NCBI GenBank assembly: GCA_041496385.1
Contig: JBGQEL010000009.1
Coordinates: forward strand, 1-64,000
Length of the DNA: 64,000 nt
Reading direction: 5' to 3'
DNA from: Candidatus Methylomirabilia bacterium
Lineage (GTDB): Bacteria > Methylomirabilota > Methylomirabilia > Rokubacteriales > CSP1-6
In this document: piece by piece, positions 43,398-52,141 of the stretch
Position numbering within the stretch: position 1 is the first letter of the stretch
How the letters are laid out: each line of letters begins with the position of its first letter
Program-made: the position numbers and the translations under genes
The notes under the pieces: model-generated
Database searches by the model: none
Told to the model about the DNA's origin: nothing
Seen by the model: only the letters and a program-made list of their open reading frames with translations

Positions 43398-45767
43398 ATT
43401 CGACGGCGCCTGAAGTGGTGGTGGCTGGCGGTCCTCCTGTTCCTGCCCGTGCTCCGTCCGGCAACCGCCGTCGCGGCGTTCGCGTCGGCGGACGCCGCGG
43501 GGACGTGGCGCTTCTACGCCATCGACGTTGGCGGGGCCGCCGACGGCGGAGGCCGGTGGCACTACGGCACCCTCGTGTTCGACGTCTCCGGCAACTTCAT
43601 GCCGGGAAGCTCGAGCATCGTCGAGCCGCCGTTCAGCGGCGCGCTGGACGATTCGAACACCGTCCGGCTCCCGACGACGGGCACGATCACCGGCGGCGCG
43701 TTCGTGCTGACCGCCACGGGGCAGTTCTCGACCAGCTCGCCGGTGACGGGGACGCTGCCCATCGACGACTGCAACGCGCCCGTGTGCGGCACGGAGATCG
43801 GCAGCCGTGACCTCCAGGGCAAGATGCTCGAGGACAAGAAGACCGTGGTCGGCGTGGCCACGACCACCTGGTCCGTGAGCGGCGGGCCGTTCTCGACAGA
43901 ATCAGGGATCACGTACGGGCTGTTCATTGCGATCAAGGTAGACGGCACCGCATTCGCCCAGACCGACATCCAGAGCATCATCGGCGCGCATCAGATCATC
44001 GGGTTCGGGCTCGCCGAGGACATCGACGGCAGCACGGGAGGGTTCTCGGGGACCGCCACGGTCGACAACATCGGCTCCGTCACCGCCATCTCGTTGGCCA
44101 CCAACCCGAACGGTACGTTTTCGCTCGACGCCGGCCTCAACACTCTGACCGTCTCTCCCGTCGGCACCGTGACGGGCCAGATCGATACGATCAACGGCCT
44201 CGGCGAGCAGCATCAAACGAATGTGGTTCAAGCCCAGCTCCTCGCGGACAAGAGCGCCGCGTTCGGCGTGGCGACGACCCGGTGGAGCGACGGAGTGAAC
44301 TTCGGCGCGAATTTCGAGCTGGGCGCGGTGATCAAGAACCAGAGCGCGATCTACAGCCAGGTCGACCTGACCAGCACGTGGCGCTGGTACGAGCTGCGCG
44401 CGTTTAGCAACGCGATCCTATCGGGCCTCTGGGGGTCGGGCACCGTCGTGTTCAATGCGATCGGCACGCTGTCCGGTGGCTCGGTGCAGTCCTCGACCGG
44501 CGCGCTTGTCGCCTTCAATTCCGGCTCGGCGACGCTCGGCGCGACCGGCACCCTGAGCGGCTCGCTGACCCGCAACACGAGCGAGACGGTGACCTTCAAC
44601 GGCCAGATGCTCCCCGGGCTTAGCGGGGCTCTCAAGAGCCTCATCGTGGCCAAGGCGACCTCGAGCCCGAGCGGCGACGAATCGTTCGTCCTCCTCGTCC
44701 GCGAGCTCGCCGCCGCCCCACCGGGGTCGCTGGCCGTGGTCAAGGCCGGAACCGGAAGTGGGACCGTCCAAAGCGCCAACCCCGCCGAAATCAACTGCGG
44801 CAGCGACTGCTCGGAGCCCTATCCCAGCGGCACGGTGGTGAGCCTCACGGCGACGGCGCTGACTGGCGCCACGTTCACTGGCTGGTCGAACGCCGCCGCG
44901 ACGTGCGGCGTGAGTCCGGCCAATTGCATGGTCACCGTCTCGGGGGCGACGACCGCGACCGCGACGTTCACGCTCAACACCTACACGCTGTCGCTGGTCA
45001 AGGCGGGGACTGGGACCGGCGCTGTGACTAGCACGAATGTGGACCCGGCGTGCACCAGCCCCTGCAGCGGCGGGCCGTTCCCCGCGACGATCCCCCACGG
45101 AACAACGGTGACCCTGACGGCCACGCCCGACAGCAGCTCGACCGTCACGTGGACAGGGTGTGACTCCACGTCCTCGGGGGGCACCCAGTGCCTCGTCACC
45201 GTCACGGCAGCGCGCGGCGTGACCGCGACCTTCACGCGGAAGACTTACACGCTGACGGTGACGATCCGCGGATCCGGCCTGGGCGTCGCGACGGGCCAGG
45301 GCGCCGGAACGTTCGCCCACGGCACCGCCCCGCACCTGGTGGCGTCGGCCAACACGGGCTCGCAGTTCAGGAGTTGGAGCGGCTGCGACACGACGGCGAC
45401 CACGGCGTGCGACCTTCTCACGATGACGAGCAACCGCGCCGTCACCGTGACGTTCTCGAAGACGTTCACCGACACATCGCTGGGCGGCGTCGTGATCAAG
45501 CTCGTGCACCTGAGCGACTTGCGCGCCGCGATCAACAACATGCGCCAGAACGCCGGCCTGAGCGCGATCGACTGGACGACCGACCCGGATGCATCACTGG
45601 GGGCGAACCTGATCACCATCAAGCGCCTCCACCTCATCGAGCTCCGCAACGCGCTCGATGCAACCAAGGGCGCTCAGACGTACGCGGAGGCGCTCGTCGC
45701 CGGCGCCACGCTGGTCAGGGCCGCGCACTTCACGGAGCTGCGCGCGAAGATCCTGGCGCTCGAGTAA
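43398..45767 (+). CDS. Large secreted/surface protein: 3 beta-rich repeats, 3 InlB-B/Flg_new-like repeats, C-terminal triple HxxELR domain
   Basis: Thr/Gly/Ser-rich; CGSDCSEPYPSGTVVSLTAT..FTGW..C repeats; signal peptide only complete from ATT 43398. Confidence 0.85.
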   Translation: MRRRLKWWWLAVLLFLPVLRPATAVAAFASADAAGTWRFYAIDVGGAADGGGRWHYGTLVFDVSGNFMPGSSSIVEPPFSGALDDSNTVRLPTTGTITGGAFVLTATGQFSTSSPVTGTLPIDDCNAPVCGTEIGSRDLQGKMLEDKKTVVGVATTTWSVSGGPFSTESGITYGLFIAIKVDGTAFAQTDIQSIIGAHQIIGFGLAEDIDGSTGGFSGTATVDNIGSVTAISLATNPNGTFSLDAGLNTLTVSPVGTVTGQIDTINGLGEQHQTNVVQAQLLADKSAAFGVATTRWSDGVNFGANFELGAVIKNQSAIYSQVDLTSTWRWYELRAFSNAILSGLWGSGTVVFNAIGTLSGGSVQSSTGALVAFNSGSATLGATGTLSGSLTRNTSETVTFNGQMLPGLSGALKSLIVAKATSSPSGDESFVLLVRELAAAPPGSLAVVKAGTGSGTVQSANPAEINCGSDCSEPYPSGTVVSLTATALTGATFTGWSNAAATCGVSPANCMVTVSGATTATATFTLNTYTLSLVKAGTGTGAVTSTNVDPACTSPCSGGPFPATIPHGTTVTLTATPDSSSTVTWTGCDSTSSGGTQCLVTVTAARGVTATFTRKTYTLTVTIRGSGLGVATGQGAGTFAHGTAPHLVASANTGSQFRSWSGCDTTATTACDLLTMTSNRAVTVTFSKTFTDTSLGGVVIKLVHLSDLRAAINNMRQNAGLSAIDWTTDPDASLGANLITIKRLHLIELRNALDATKGAQTYAEALVAGATLVRAAHFTELRAKILALE

Positions 45768-45834
45768 CCCGCCGCCGCCCCTTGCCTGGTGCGGGCGGTC
45801 TCGCCTATCCTCCCGACCAGGGAGGCGTCCCCCC

Positions 45835-46761
45835 ATGAACATCCGTCCCGTGCATCCGAGCCTCGGTGCTCGCGTCGAGGGTGTCGATCTCGCGCAACCG
45901 CTCGACGCGGCGGCGTTCCAGCGGATCTTCGATGCGTTCCAGGAGCACGCGGTGCTCATCTTCAGCGACCAGCGGCTCACCGACGAGCAGCAGATGGCGT
46001 TCAGCCGCCGCTTCGGGCCGCTGGAGGAGACGCTCAAGGCGACGGGGAAGGAGAACCGCCTCCACCCCAACCTCGTCGACCTTTCCAACGCGGATCCGGA
46101 GCGGAACGGCGCGCTCATGGACTGGACGGACCGTCGCATGCTCTATCAGTCGGGCAACCAGCTCTGGCACACGGACAGCTCGTTCAAGCCGGTCCCGGCG
46201 ATGGCGTCGCTGCTCTCCGCGCGCGAGGTGCCGCCGGTCGGCGGGGAGACGGAGTTCGTGAGCATGCGTCTCGCGTACGCGACGCTACCGGAGGAGACAC
46301 GGCGACGGCTCGAGGGCAAGGTGACCGTGCACAGCATCCTCTACTCCCGGAGCACGATCGCGAAGGGTCTCTTCGACCCGGAGGACGAAAAGGGTCTGCC
46401 GCCCGTGCGCCAGGCCCTCGTGCGCGCCAACCCGGTCAACGGGCGGAAGACCATCTACATCGGCTCGCACGCCTGGTACATCGAAGGTCTGAGCTACGAG
46501 GACTCGCGCCGGCTCCTCGACGACCTCCTCGCGCACACGACGCGCGCCGAGCACGTCTACCAGCACCTGTGGCGGGAGTGGGACCTCGTGATGTGGGACA
46601 ACCGCTGCGCGTTGCACCGCGGGCGCCCGTGGGACGCCGCGCGCCATCGGCGCGTCATGCGGCGGACGACGGTGGCCGGCGAGGGCCCGACGGCGCAGCC
46701 GCCGTTCGCCACCCGCATCGCCGTCTGGGACGGGATCATTCCCGAGGGCGTCGGCGTCTAG
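45835..46761 (+). CDS. TauD/TfdA-family Fe(II)/2-oxoglutarate dioxygenase
   Basis: NQLWHTDSSFK, GGETEF, WDNRCALHRG, RVMRRTT. Confidence 0.94.
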   Translation: MNIRPVHPSLGARVEGVDLAQPLDAAAFQRIFDAFQEHAVLIFSDQRLTDEQQMAFSRRFGPLEETLKATGKENRLHPNLVDLSNADPERNGALMDWTDRRMLYQSGNQLWHTDSSFKPVPAMASLLSAREVPPVGGETEFVSMRLAYATLPEETRRRLEGKVTVHSILYSRSTIAKGLFDPEDEKGLPPVRQALVRANPVNGRKTIYIGSHAWYIEGLSYEDSRRLLDDLLAHTTRAEHVYQHLWREWDLVMWDNRCALHRGRPWDAARHRRVMRRTTVAGEGPTAQPPFATRIAVWDGIIPEGVGV

Positions 46762-46773
46762 TCTCGTCGCGGC

Positions 46774-47190
46774 TCAGCGGGCGACGCGATGGGCGACGCA
46801 GTGCACGAGGGCGACCGCGGCGCCGGCCTCGGTCGAGACCGCGATCTCGTAGAAGCCGGCGCGCCGCCCCTGCTTCTTCTCGCGGCCCTCGGCGATGAGC
46901 CGCGCGTCCGGTCGCACCGCCGCGAGGTAGCTGATCGTGACGCTCAACGCGACGGCGTCCTCGCCGTGGGAGTTGCAGGCGGCGCCGAACGCGACGTCGG
47001 CGAGCGAGAAGATGACGCCGCCGTGCGGGTACCCCTGGAAGTTCACCATGTGGGGCTGGAGCGTCATCGAGACGCGGCAGCAGCCGCGACGGAGCTCGAG
47101 GAACCGGATACCCAGCGCGCGGGCCCAGGGGTCGTTCTCGATGCGCGCGCGGAGCTCGTCGGGAATCGCGGGGTAGTCGGACGCGGCCAC
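46774..47190 (-). CDS. PaaI-like hot-dog thioesterase
   Basis: NFQGYPHGGVIFSLADVAFGAACNSHG. Confidence 0.88.
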   Translation of the reverse strand: MAASDYPAIPDELRARIENDPWARALGIRFLELRRGCCRVSMTLQPHMVNFQGYPHGGVIFSLADVAFGAACNSHGEDAVALSVTISYLAAVRPDARLIAEGREKKQGRRAGFYEIAVSTEAGAAVALVHCVAHRVAR

Positions 47191-47198
47191 AGGTTCCC

Positions 47199-47897
47199 AT
47201 GGTACAACTTGACCCCGTGATCGATCTCAACACCTTCTCGATCGCGGCGCGCGACGACGACACGGGCGCGCTCGGCGTGGCCGTGGCCACCGCGCGGCCG
47301 AACGTCGGGAGCCTCGTGCCCTGGGTCTCGCTCCGGGGCGCGGTCGCCACGCAGGCGCGCGTCAACACCGGGCTTGGCCGGCAGGGCCTCGCCCTCGTCG
47401 ACCAGGGCGTGCCGGTCGACGTGGCGCTGAGCGCGCTCCTGTGGAAGGACGGAGAGCGGGAGATCCGCCAGGTTCACGGCGTGGACGCGGGTCGGAGCTT
47501 CTGCCACACCGGAACGAGCTGTGTCGCCTGGTGCGGCCACGAGGACGGCGACGATTTCACGGTCGCCGGGAACATGCTCGCGGGCCCCGAGGTTATCGCT
47601 GCGATGGCGCGGGCCTTCCGAGCGGCCGGCGGCGCGGGGCGCGACCTCTCCGAGCGCCTCCTGCTCGCCCTCGAGGCGGGGCAGGCGGCGGGTGGCGACA
47701 AGCGGGGCAAGCAGTCGGCCGCGCTGCTGATCGCGAGCCCGGAGCCGCGCATGTACCACAACCTGCGCGTGGACGACCACGCCCAGCCCGTCGCGGAGCT
47801 TCGCCGGATCTGGGACGTCGTGGTCGAGCACGCTCGGGGGATCGAGCGCGAGTACGGCCCGGCGGCCGCGCGACTCTTCGGCCGGGTCAAGCATTGA
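47199..47897 (+). CDS. DUF1028-family Ntn-hydrolase-like protein
   Basis: TFSIAARD, GAVATQA, AGNML, AGGDKRGKQSAAL, LRVDDH. Confidence 0.88.
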   Translation: MVQLDPVIDLNTFSIAARDDDTGALGVAVATARPNVGSLVPWVSLRGAVATQARVNTGLGRQGLALVDQGVPVDVALSALLWKDGEREIRQVHGVDAGRSFCHTGTSCVAWCGHEDGDDFTVAGNMLAGPEVIAAMARAFRAAGGAGRDLSERLLLALEAGQAAGGDKRGKQSAALLIASPEPRMYHNLRVDDHAQPVAELRRIWDVVVEHARGIEREYGPAAARLFGRVKH

Positions 47898-47932
47898 GCG
47901 AATCCAGGCAGGACAGCGTGAAGGAGACGACC

Positions 47933-49504
47933 ATGAGCGTGATCAGGACGAGCGTGTGCCTCGGCCTCGGGGCCCTGGCCGCGCTGATGTTGATGCTGCA
48001 GGCCGGGGACGCGCACGCGCAGAAGAAGACGCTCGTCGTGGCCCTGAACCAGGACCCCGACATCCTCGATCCGACGCTGGCGCGGACGTACGTCGGGCGG
48101 ATCGTCTTTTCCCACATCTGCGAGAAGCTCTACGAGATCGACGAGGGGCTGCGCATCTCGCCCCAGCTCGCGGCGGCCCTGCCGGCGATCAGCGACGGCG
48201 GCAAGACCGTCACGATCAAGCTACGCGCCGGCGTGAAGTTCAACGACGGCACGCCGATGGACGCCGAGGCGGTCAAGTTCTCGCTCGACCGGCACCGCAC
48301 GCTCAAGGGCTCGAACCGCGCCAGCGAGCTGGCGCCTGTCGACGCCGTCGAGGTGGTGGACCCGCTGACCGTGCGGCTGCGGCTCAAGGCGCCCTTCTCG
48401 CCGCTGCTCGCCCAGCTCACCGATCGGGCTGGCATGCCGCTCTCGCCGGCCGCGGTGAAGAAGCTCGGCGAGAATTTCGGGACCGCGCCCGTCTGCGTCG
48501 GGCCCTGGCAGTTCGCCGAGCGCGTGCCACAGGACCGGATCGTCGTGGAGAAGTCGCCCCACTACTTCGACCCGGCGCAGGCGAAGTTCGACAAGGTGAT
48601 CTTCCGCATCATCCCCGACGACAACGTGCGTCTGGCCAACCTCCGCTCGGGCGACATCGATCTCATGCACATGGTCAGGCCGAGCGACGCGACCGCCATC
48701 AAGCGCGAGGCGAAGTTCGAGCTGTCCAACGTGACCGGGCTCGGCTACCAGGGCATCAACATCAACCTCCGCAACAAGACGGGCAAGCAGAACCCGCCGG
48801 GCGACCTCGGCACGCCGCTCGCCAACGACCCGCGCGTGCGCGAGGCGTTCGAGCTCAGCATCGACCGCGAGGCGCTGAACCAGGTCGTGTGGGACGGGCT
48901 CTACACGCCGGGCTGCACGCCGATTCCACCGATCAGCGTCTTCTTCGACAAGACGCGCAAGTGCCCGGGCCGCGACGTGGCGAAGGCGAAGAAGCTCCTC
49001 GCCGACGCCGGGCTGGCCGGGGGCTACGCCTTCGAGATGACGGTGATCAACAATCCGGGCGAGCGCCGCGTGGGCGAAGTGATCCAGCAGATGGCGCGCG
49101 AGGCCGGCTTCAACATCTCGCTCCGGCCGCAGGAGTTCGCCTCGGCGCTGAAGGACGACGACGACGGCAAGCTCCAGGCCTTCCAGATCGGCTGGAGCGG
49201 GCGCGTGGATCCCGACGGCAACATCCACCAGAACCAGACGTGCCGGCGAGGCGACTCCGGAAGCCTGAACACCACGCACGCCTGCGACGAGAAGATCGAC
49301 ACGGTGCTGAACCAGGCGCGCGAGATCAGCGACGTGGACCGACGCCGGGCGCTCTACCGCGAAGCCGGCGACATGTTCAGCGCCCGGCGCAACATCGTCT
49401 ACATCTATCACCTGAACTACATCGTGGCGTTCCCGAAGAACCTCAAGGGCTACAAGGCCATCCCCGACGGCCTGATCCGGATCAAGGGGACGTCCTGGAA
49501 CTGA
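47933..49504 (+). CDS. Peptide/nickel-type ABC transporter substrate-binding protein (SBP family 5)
   Basis: Signal peptide, LRAGVKFNDGTP.DAEAVKFS, PVCVGPW, GWSGRVDPD; AAGGAG RBS. Confidence 0.93.
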   Translation: MSVIRTSVCLGLGALAALMLMLQAGDAHAQKKTLVVALNQDPDILDPTLARTYVGRIVFSHICEKLYEIDEGLRISPQLAAALPAISDGGKTVTIKLRAGVKFNDGTPMDAEAVKFSLDRHRTLKGSNRASELAPVDAVEVVDPLTVRLRLKAPFSPLLAQLTDRAGMPLSPAAVKKLGENFGTAPVCVGPWQFAERVPQDRIVVEKSPHYFDPAQAKFDKVIFRIIPDDNVRLANLRSGDIDLMHMVRPSDATAIKREAKFELSNVTGLGYQGININLRNKTGKQNPPGDLGTPLANDPRVREAFELSIDREALNQVVWDGLYTPGCTPIPPISVFFDKTRKCPGRDVAKAKKLLADAGLAGGYAFEMTVINNPGERRVGEVIQQMAREAGFNISLRPQEFASALKDDDDGKLQAFQIGWSGRVDPDGNIHQNQTCRRGDSGSLNTTHACDEKIDTVLNQAREISDVDRRRALYREAGDMFSARRNIVYIYHLNYIVAFPKNLKGYKAIPDGLIRIKGTSWN

Positions 49505-49518
49505 CCCGCTAGCCGGCC

Positions 49519-50481
49519 GTGCTCGAGTTCCTGATCCGCCGGGCCGCGATCTCGGTCGTGACCCTCGTCGTGATCAGCCTCATCGTCTTCACGGGGGTGC
49601 GGATGATTCCGGGCGACCCGGCGCGCGTCATGGCCGGCGCCGAGGCCGACGCCGCCGGGATCGAGGAGATCCGCGCGAAGTACGGGTTGAACGACCCGAT
49701 CCCCGTCCAGTACCTGCGCTGGGCGGCGCTCGCGCTCCAGGGCGACCTCGGCCGCTCGATCCGCACGCGCGACCCGGTGCTCAAGACCGTCGCGCAGAAG
49801 CTGCCGATCACCGTCGAGCTCGCCTGTCTCTCGGTGCTCCTCGCGATCGCGATCGCGATCCCCGCGGGCGTGCTGGCGGCGGTGCGCCGCAACACCGCGT
49901 GGGACGTCGTCGCGAGTGCCGCGTCCCTCGGCGGCGTCTCCATCCCCAACTTCTGGCTCGGGATCATGCTGATCCTTTTCTTCTCGGTCCGGCTCGGCTG
50001 GCTACCCGCGTCCGGGTTCGTGCCCGTGTGGGAAGATCCGTTGGCCAACCTCCGGCGCATGCTCATGCCCGCCTTCGTGCTCGGCACGGCGCTCGCGGCC
50101 GTGCTCATGCGCCAGACGCGTAACTCGATGATCGAGGTGCTGAGCGCCGACTACATCCGCACGGCGCGCGCGAAGGGCCTGGCCGGGTGGGTGGTGGTCT
50201 TCCGGCACGCGATCCGCAACGGCCTCATCCCGGTCGTGACGATCCTCGGGCTGCAGATGGGCGCGCTCATGAGCGGCGCGGTGGTGACCGAGCAGATCTT
50301 CGTGGTGCCGGGGTTCGGCCGGCTCGTCGTCGAGGCCGTCTTCACGCGCGACTACCCGCTCGTCCAGGGGGTCGTGCTGATCACGGCGAGCTCCTACGTG
50401 CTGATCAACCTCGCGGTGGACGCCTCCTACTCGCTGTTGAACCCGCGCATCCGGATCAAGGGGGCCGCCGGTGGGCCCTGA
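49519..50481 (+). CDS. Peptide ABC permease (DppB-like)
   Basis: PGDPA, GDLGRS, DYIRTARAKGL, RDYPLVQG. Confidence 0.94.
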   Translation: MLEFLIRRAAISVVTLVVISLIVFTGVRMIPGDPARVMAGAEADAAGIEEIRAKYGLNDPIPVQYLRWAALALQGDLGRSIRTRDPVLKTVAQKLPITVELACLSVLLAIAIAIPAGVLAAVRRNTAWDVVASAASLGGVSIPNFWLGIMLILFFSVRLGWLPASGFVPVWEDPLANLRRMLMPAFVLGTALAAVLMRQTRNSMIEVLSADYIRTARAKGLAGWVVVFRHAIRNGLIPVVTILGLQMGALMSGAVVTEQIFVVPGFGRLVVEAVFTRDYPLVQGVVLITASSYVLINLAVDASYSLLNPRIRIKGAAGGP

Positions 50482-51310
50482 GGCACGCCGGCGATGGCGG
50501 CGCATGCTGCGGCGACCGGCGTCGGTCGCGGGCCTCGCCGTCGTCCTGGTCTTCGTGGCCCTCGCCGTCGGCGCGCCGTGGATCGCGCGCACCGACCCGG
50601 TGCAGACCGACTGGAGCAAGGTTCGCAAGGCGCCGACGCTGGCGCACCCGTTCGGGACGGACGATCTCGGCCGGGACAACTTCTCGCGCGTGGTCTGGGG
50701 AAGCCGCATCTCGATGCAGGCGGGCGTATTTTCGATCCTGCTCGCGATGGCGATCGGCGTTCCGGTCGGGCTCGTCGCGGGCTACTACCGCGGCGGGCTC
50801 GACCAGCTCGTCATGCGGCTCACCGACGCCTGGCTGGCCTTCCCGTTCCTGATCCTCGCCATCGGCCTGGTCACCATCATGGGCCCCTCGCTCACGAACG
50901 CCACGCTCGCGATCGGGCTCGGCGCGACACCGACCTACATCCGTCTCACGCGGGCCCTCACCCTCTCCACCAAGGAGGAGGACTACGTCCTGGCGGCGCG
51001 GGCCCTCGGCGCCGGCGATGGCCGGCTGATGCGGCGCCACGTCTTTCCGAACATCTTCAGCGCGCTGCTCGTCCAGGCGACGGTCTCGGTGCCTACGGCG
51101 ATCATCGCCGAGGCGATCCTGTCGTTCCTGGGGCTGGGCGTGCAGCCGCCCACGCCGTCCTGGGGCACGATGCTCAACGCCGCGCAGCAGTTCCTCGAAT
51201 CGGCGCCCTGGATGGCGTACTGGCCCGGGCTGGCGATCTTCTCGCTCGCGCTCTCGTTCAACCTCGCCGGCGACGGCCTGCGGGACCTGCTCGATCCCAG
51301 GGATTACTGA
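50471..51310 (+). CDS. Peptide ABC permease (DppC-like)
   Basis: HPFGTDDLGRD, YVLAARALGA, PSWGTML, GDGLRDLLDP. Confidence 0.94.
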   Translation: MGPEARRRWRRMLRRPASVAGLAVVLVFVALAVGAPWIARTDPVQTDWSKVRKAPTLAHPFGTDDLGRDNFSRVVWGSRISMQAGVFSILLAMAIGVPVGLVAGYYRGGLDQLVMRLTDAWLAFPFLILAIGLVTIMGPSLTNATLAIGLGATPTYIRLTRALTLSTKEEDYVLAARALGAGDGRLMRRHVFPNIFSALLVQATVSVPTAIIAEAILSFLGLGVQPPTPSWGTMLNAAQQFLESAPWMAYWPGLAIFSLALSFNLAGDGLRDLLDPRDY

Positions 51311-51339
51311 CCCGTGTATACTACGAGGGCTTTACCCTT

Positions 51340-51433
51340 GGAGAGGTGGCCGAGTCGGCCGAAGGCAGCCGCCTGCTAAGCGGTTACAGGGGCAAAACCT
51401 CTGTCCCGGGTTCGAATCCCGGCCTCTCCGCCA
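51340..51433 (+). tRNA. tRNA-Ser(GCT)
   Basis: GCCGC-CT-GCT-AA-GCGGT anticodon arm, long variable arm, CCA. Confidence 0.95.
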
Positions 51434-51434
51434 C

Positions 51435-51511
51435 GGGCCCTTAGCTCAGGTGGACAGAGCGTCGGACTACGAATCCGAAGGCCAGAGGTTCGAATCCTCT
51501 AGGGCCCACCA
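51435..51511 (+). tRNA. tRNA-Arg(ACG)
   Basis: TCGGA-CT-ACG-AA-TCCGA anticodon arm; CCA; 1 nt after tRNA-Ser. Confidence 0.96.
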
Positions 51512-51532
51512 CTTCCCGCCCGAGGTAACTCG

Positions 51533-52003
51533 GTGACCGAGCACGAGGCGCTGTCGGTCCTGCAGGGTGACGATGTCGCGCGCGCCGCGCGCGCGGCGGC
51601 GGCGCTGTGGGAGATGTGGCACCGCTCGGGCGACCCGAGGCTGGACGCGCTCCTGCGTGAGGGGATCGGGGCGCTGGAGCGCCGGGACCTGGGCGCGGCG
51701 CAGTCGATCTTCACGCGGCTGATCGAGACGGCGCCCGAGTTCGCCGAGGGTTGGAACAAGCGCGCCACGGTCCGGTACATGGCCGAGGACTACGAAGGCT
51801 CGATCGCCGACTGTCGCGAGACCGTCGCGCGCAACCCGAATCACTTCGGCGCGCTTTCGGGCCAGGGCCTCTGCCATATCGCGCTCGGCCAGTACCGCGA
51901 GGCGGCCGACCTCTTCCGGCTGACGCTCGCCGTCCATCCGCACCTGGACAGCGCGCGGGGGAACCTGCGCGCGGCGCTGAACGAGCTCGTGAAGTGGAAC
52001 TGA
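51533..52003 (+). CDS. Tetratricopeptide repeat protein
   Basis: PEFAEGWNKRATV, NPNHFGALSGQG TPR helices. Confidence 0.88.
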   Translation: MTEHEALSVLQGDDVARAARAAAALWEMWHRSGDPRLDALLREGIGALERRDLGAAQSIFTRLIETAPEFAEGWNKRATVRYMAEDYEGSIADCRETVARNPNHFGALSGQGLCHIALGQYREAADLFRLTLAVHPHLDSARGNLRAALNELVKWN

Positions 52004-52030
52004 GCATGCACACAAGGGGGGTGATGAGCG

Positions 52031-52129
52031 ATGGCGACACACTCCAAGACCAGGACCGCCGTTCGACGGCTCCGGCGTCTCGCGCGCCGGCGCCGCGAGG
52101 CCGAGCTCAAAAAGGCCCGGCGCGGATGA
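52031..52129 (+). CDS. Putative 32-aa basic microprotein MATHSKTRTAVRRLRRLARRRREAELKKARRG
   Basis: ATG 52031 after SD-like GGGGGGTGA, TGA 52127-52129; below ORF-track cutoff. Confidence 0.55.
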   Translation: MATHSKTRTAVRRLRRLARRRREAELKKARRG

Positions 52130-52141
52130 TAGGATGACGCG

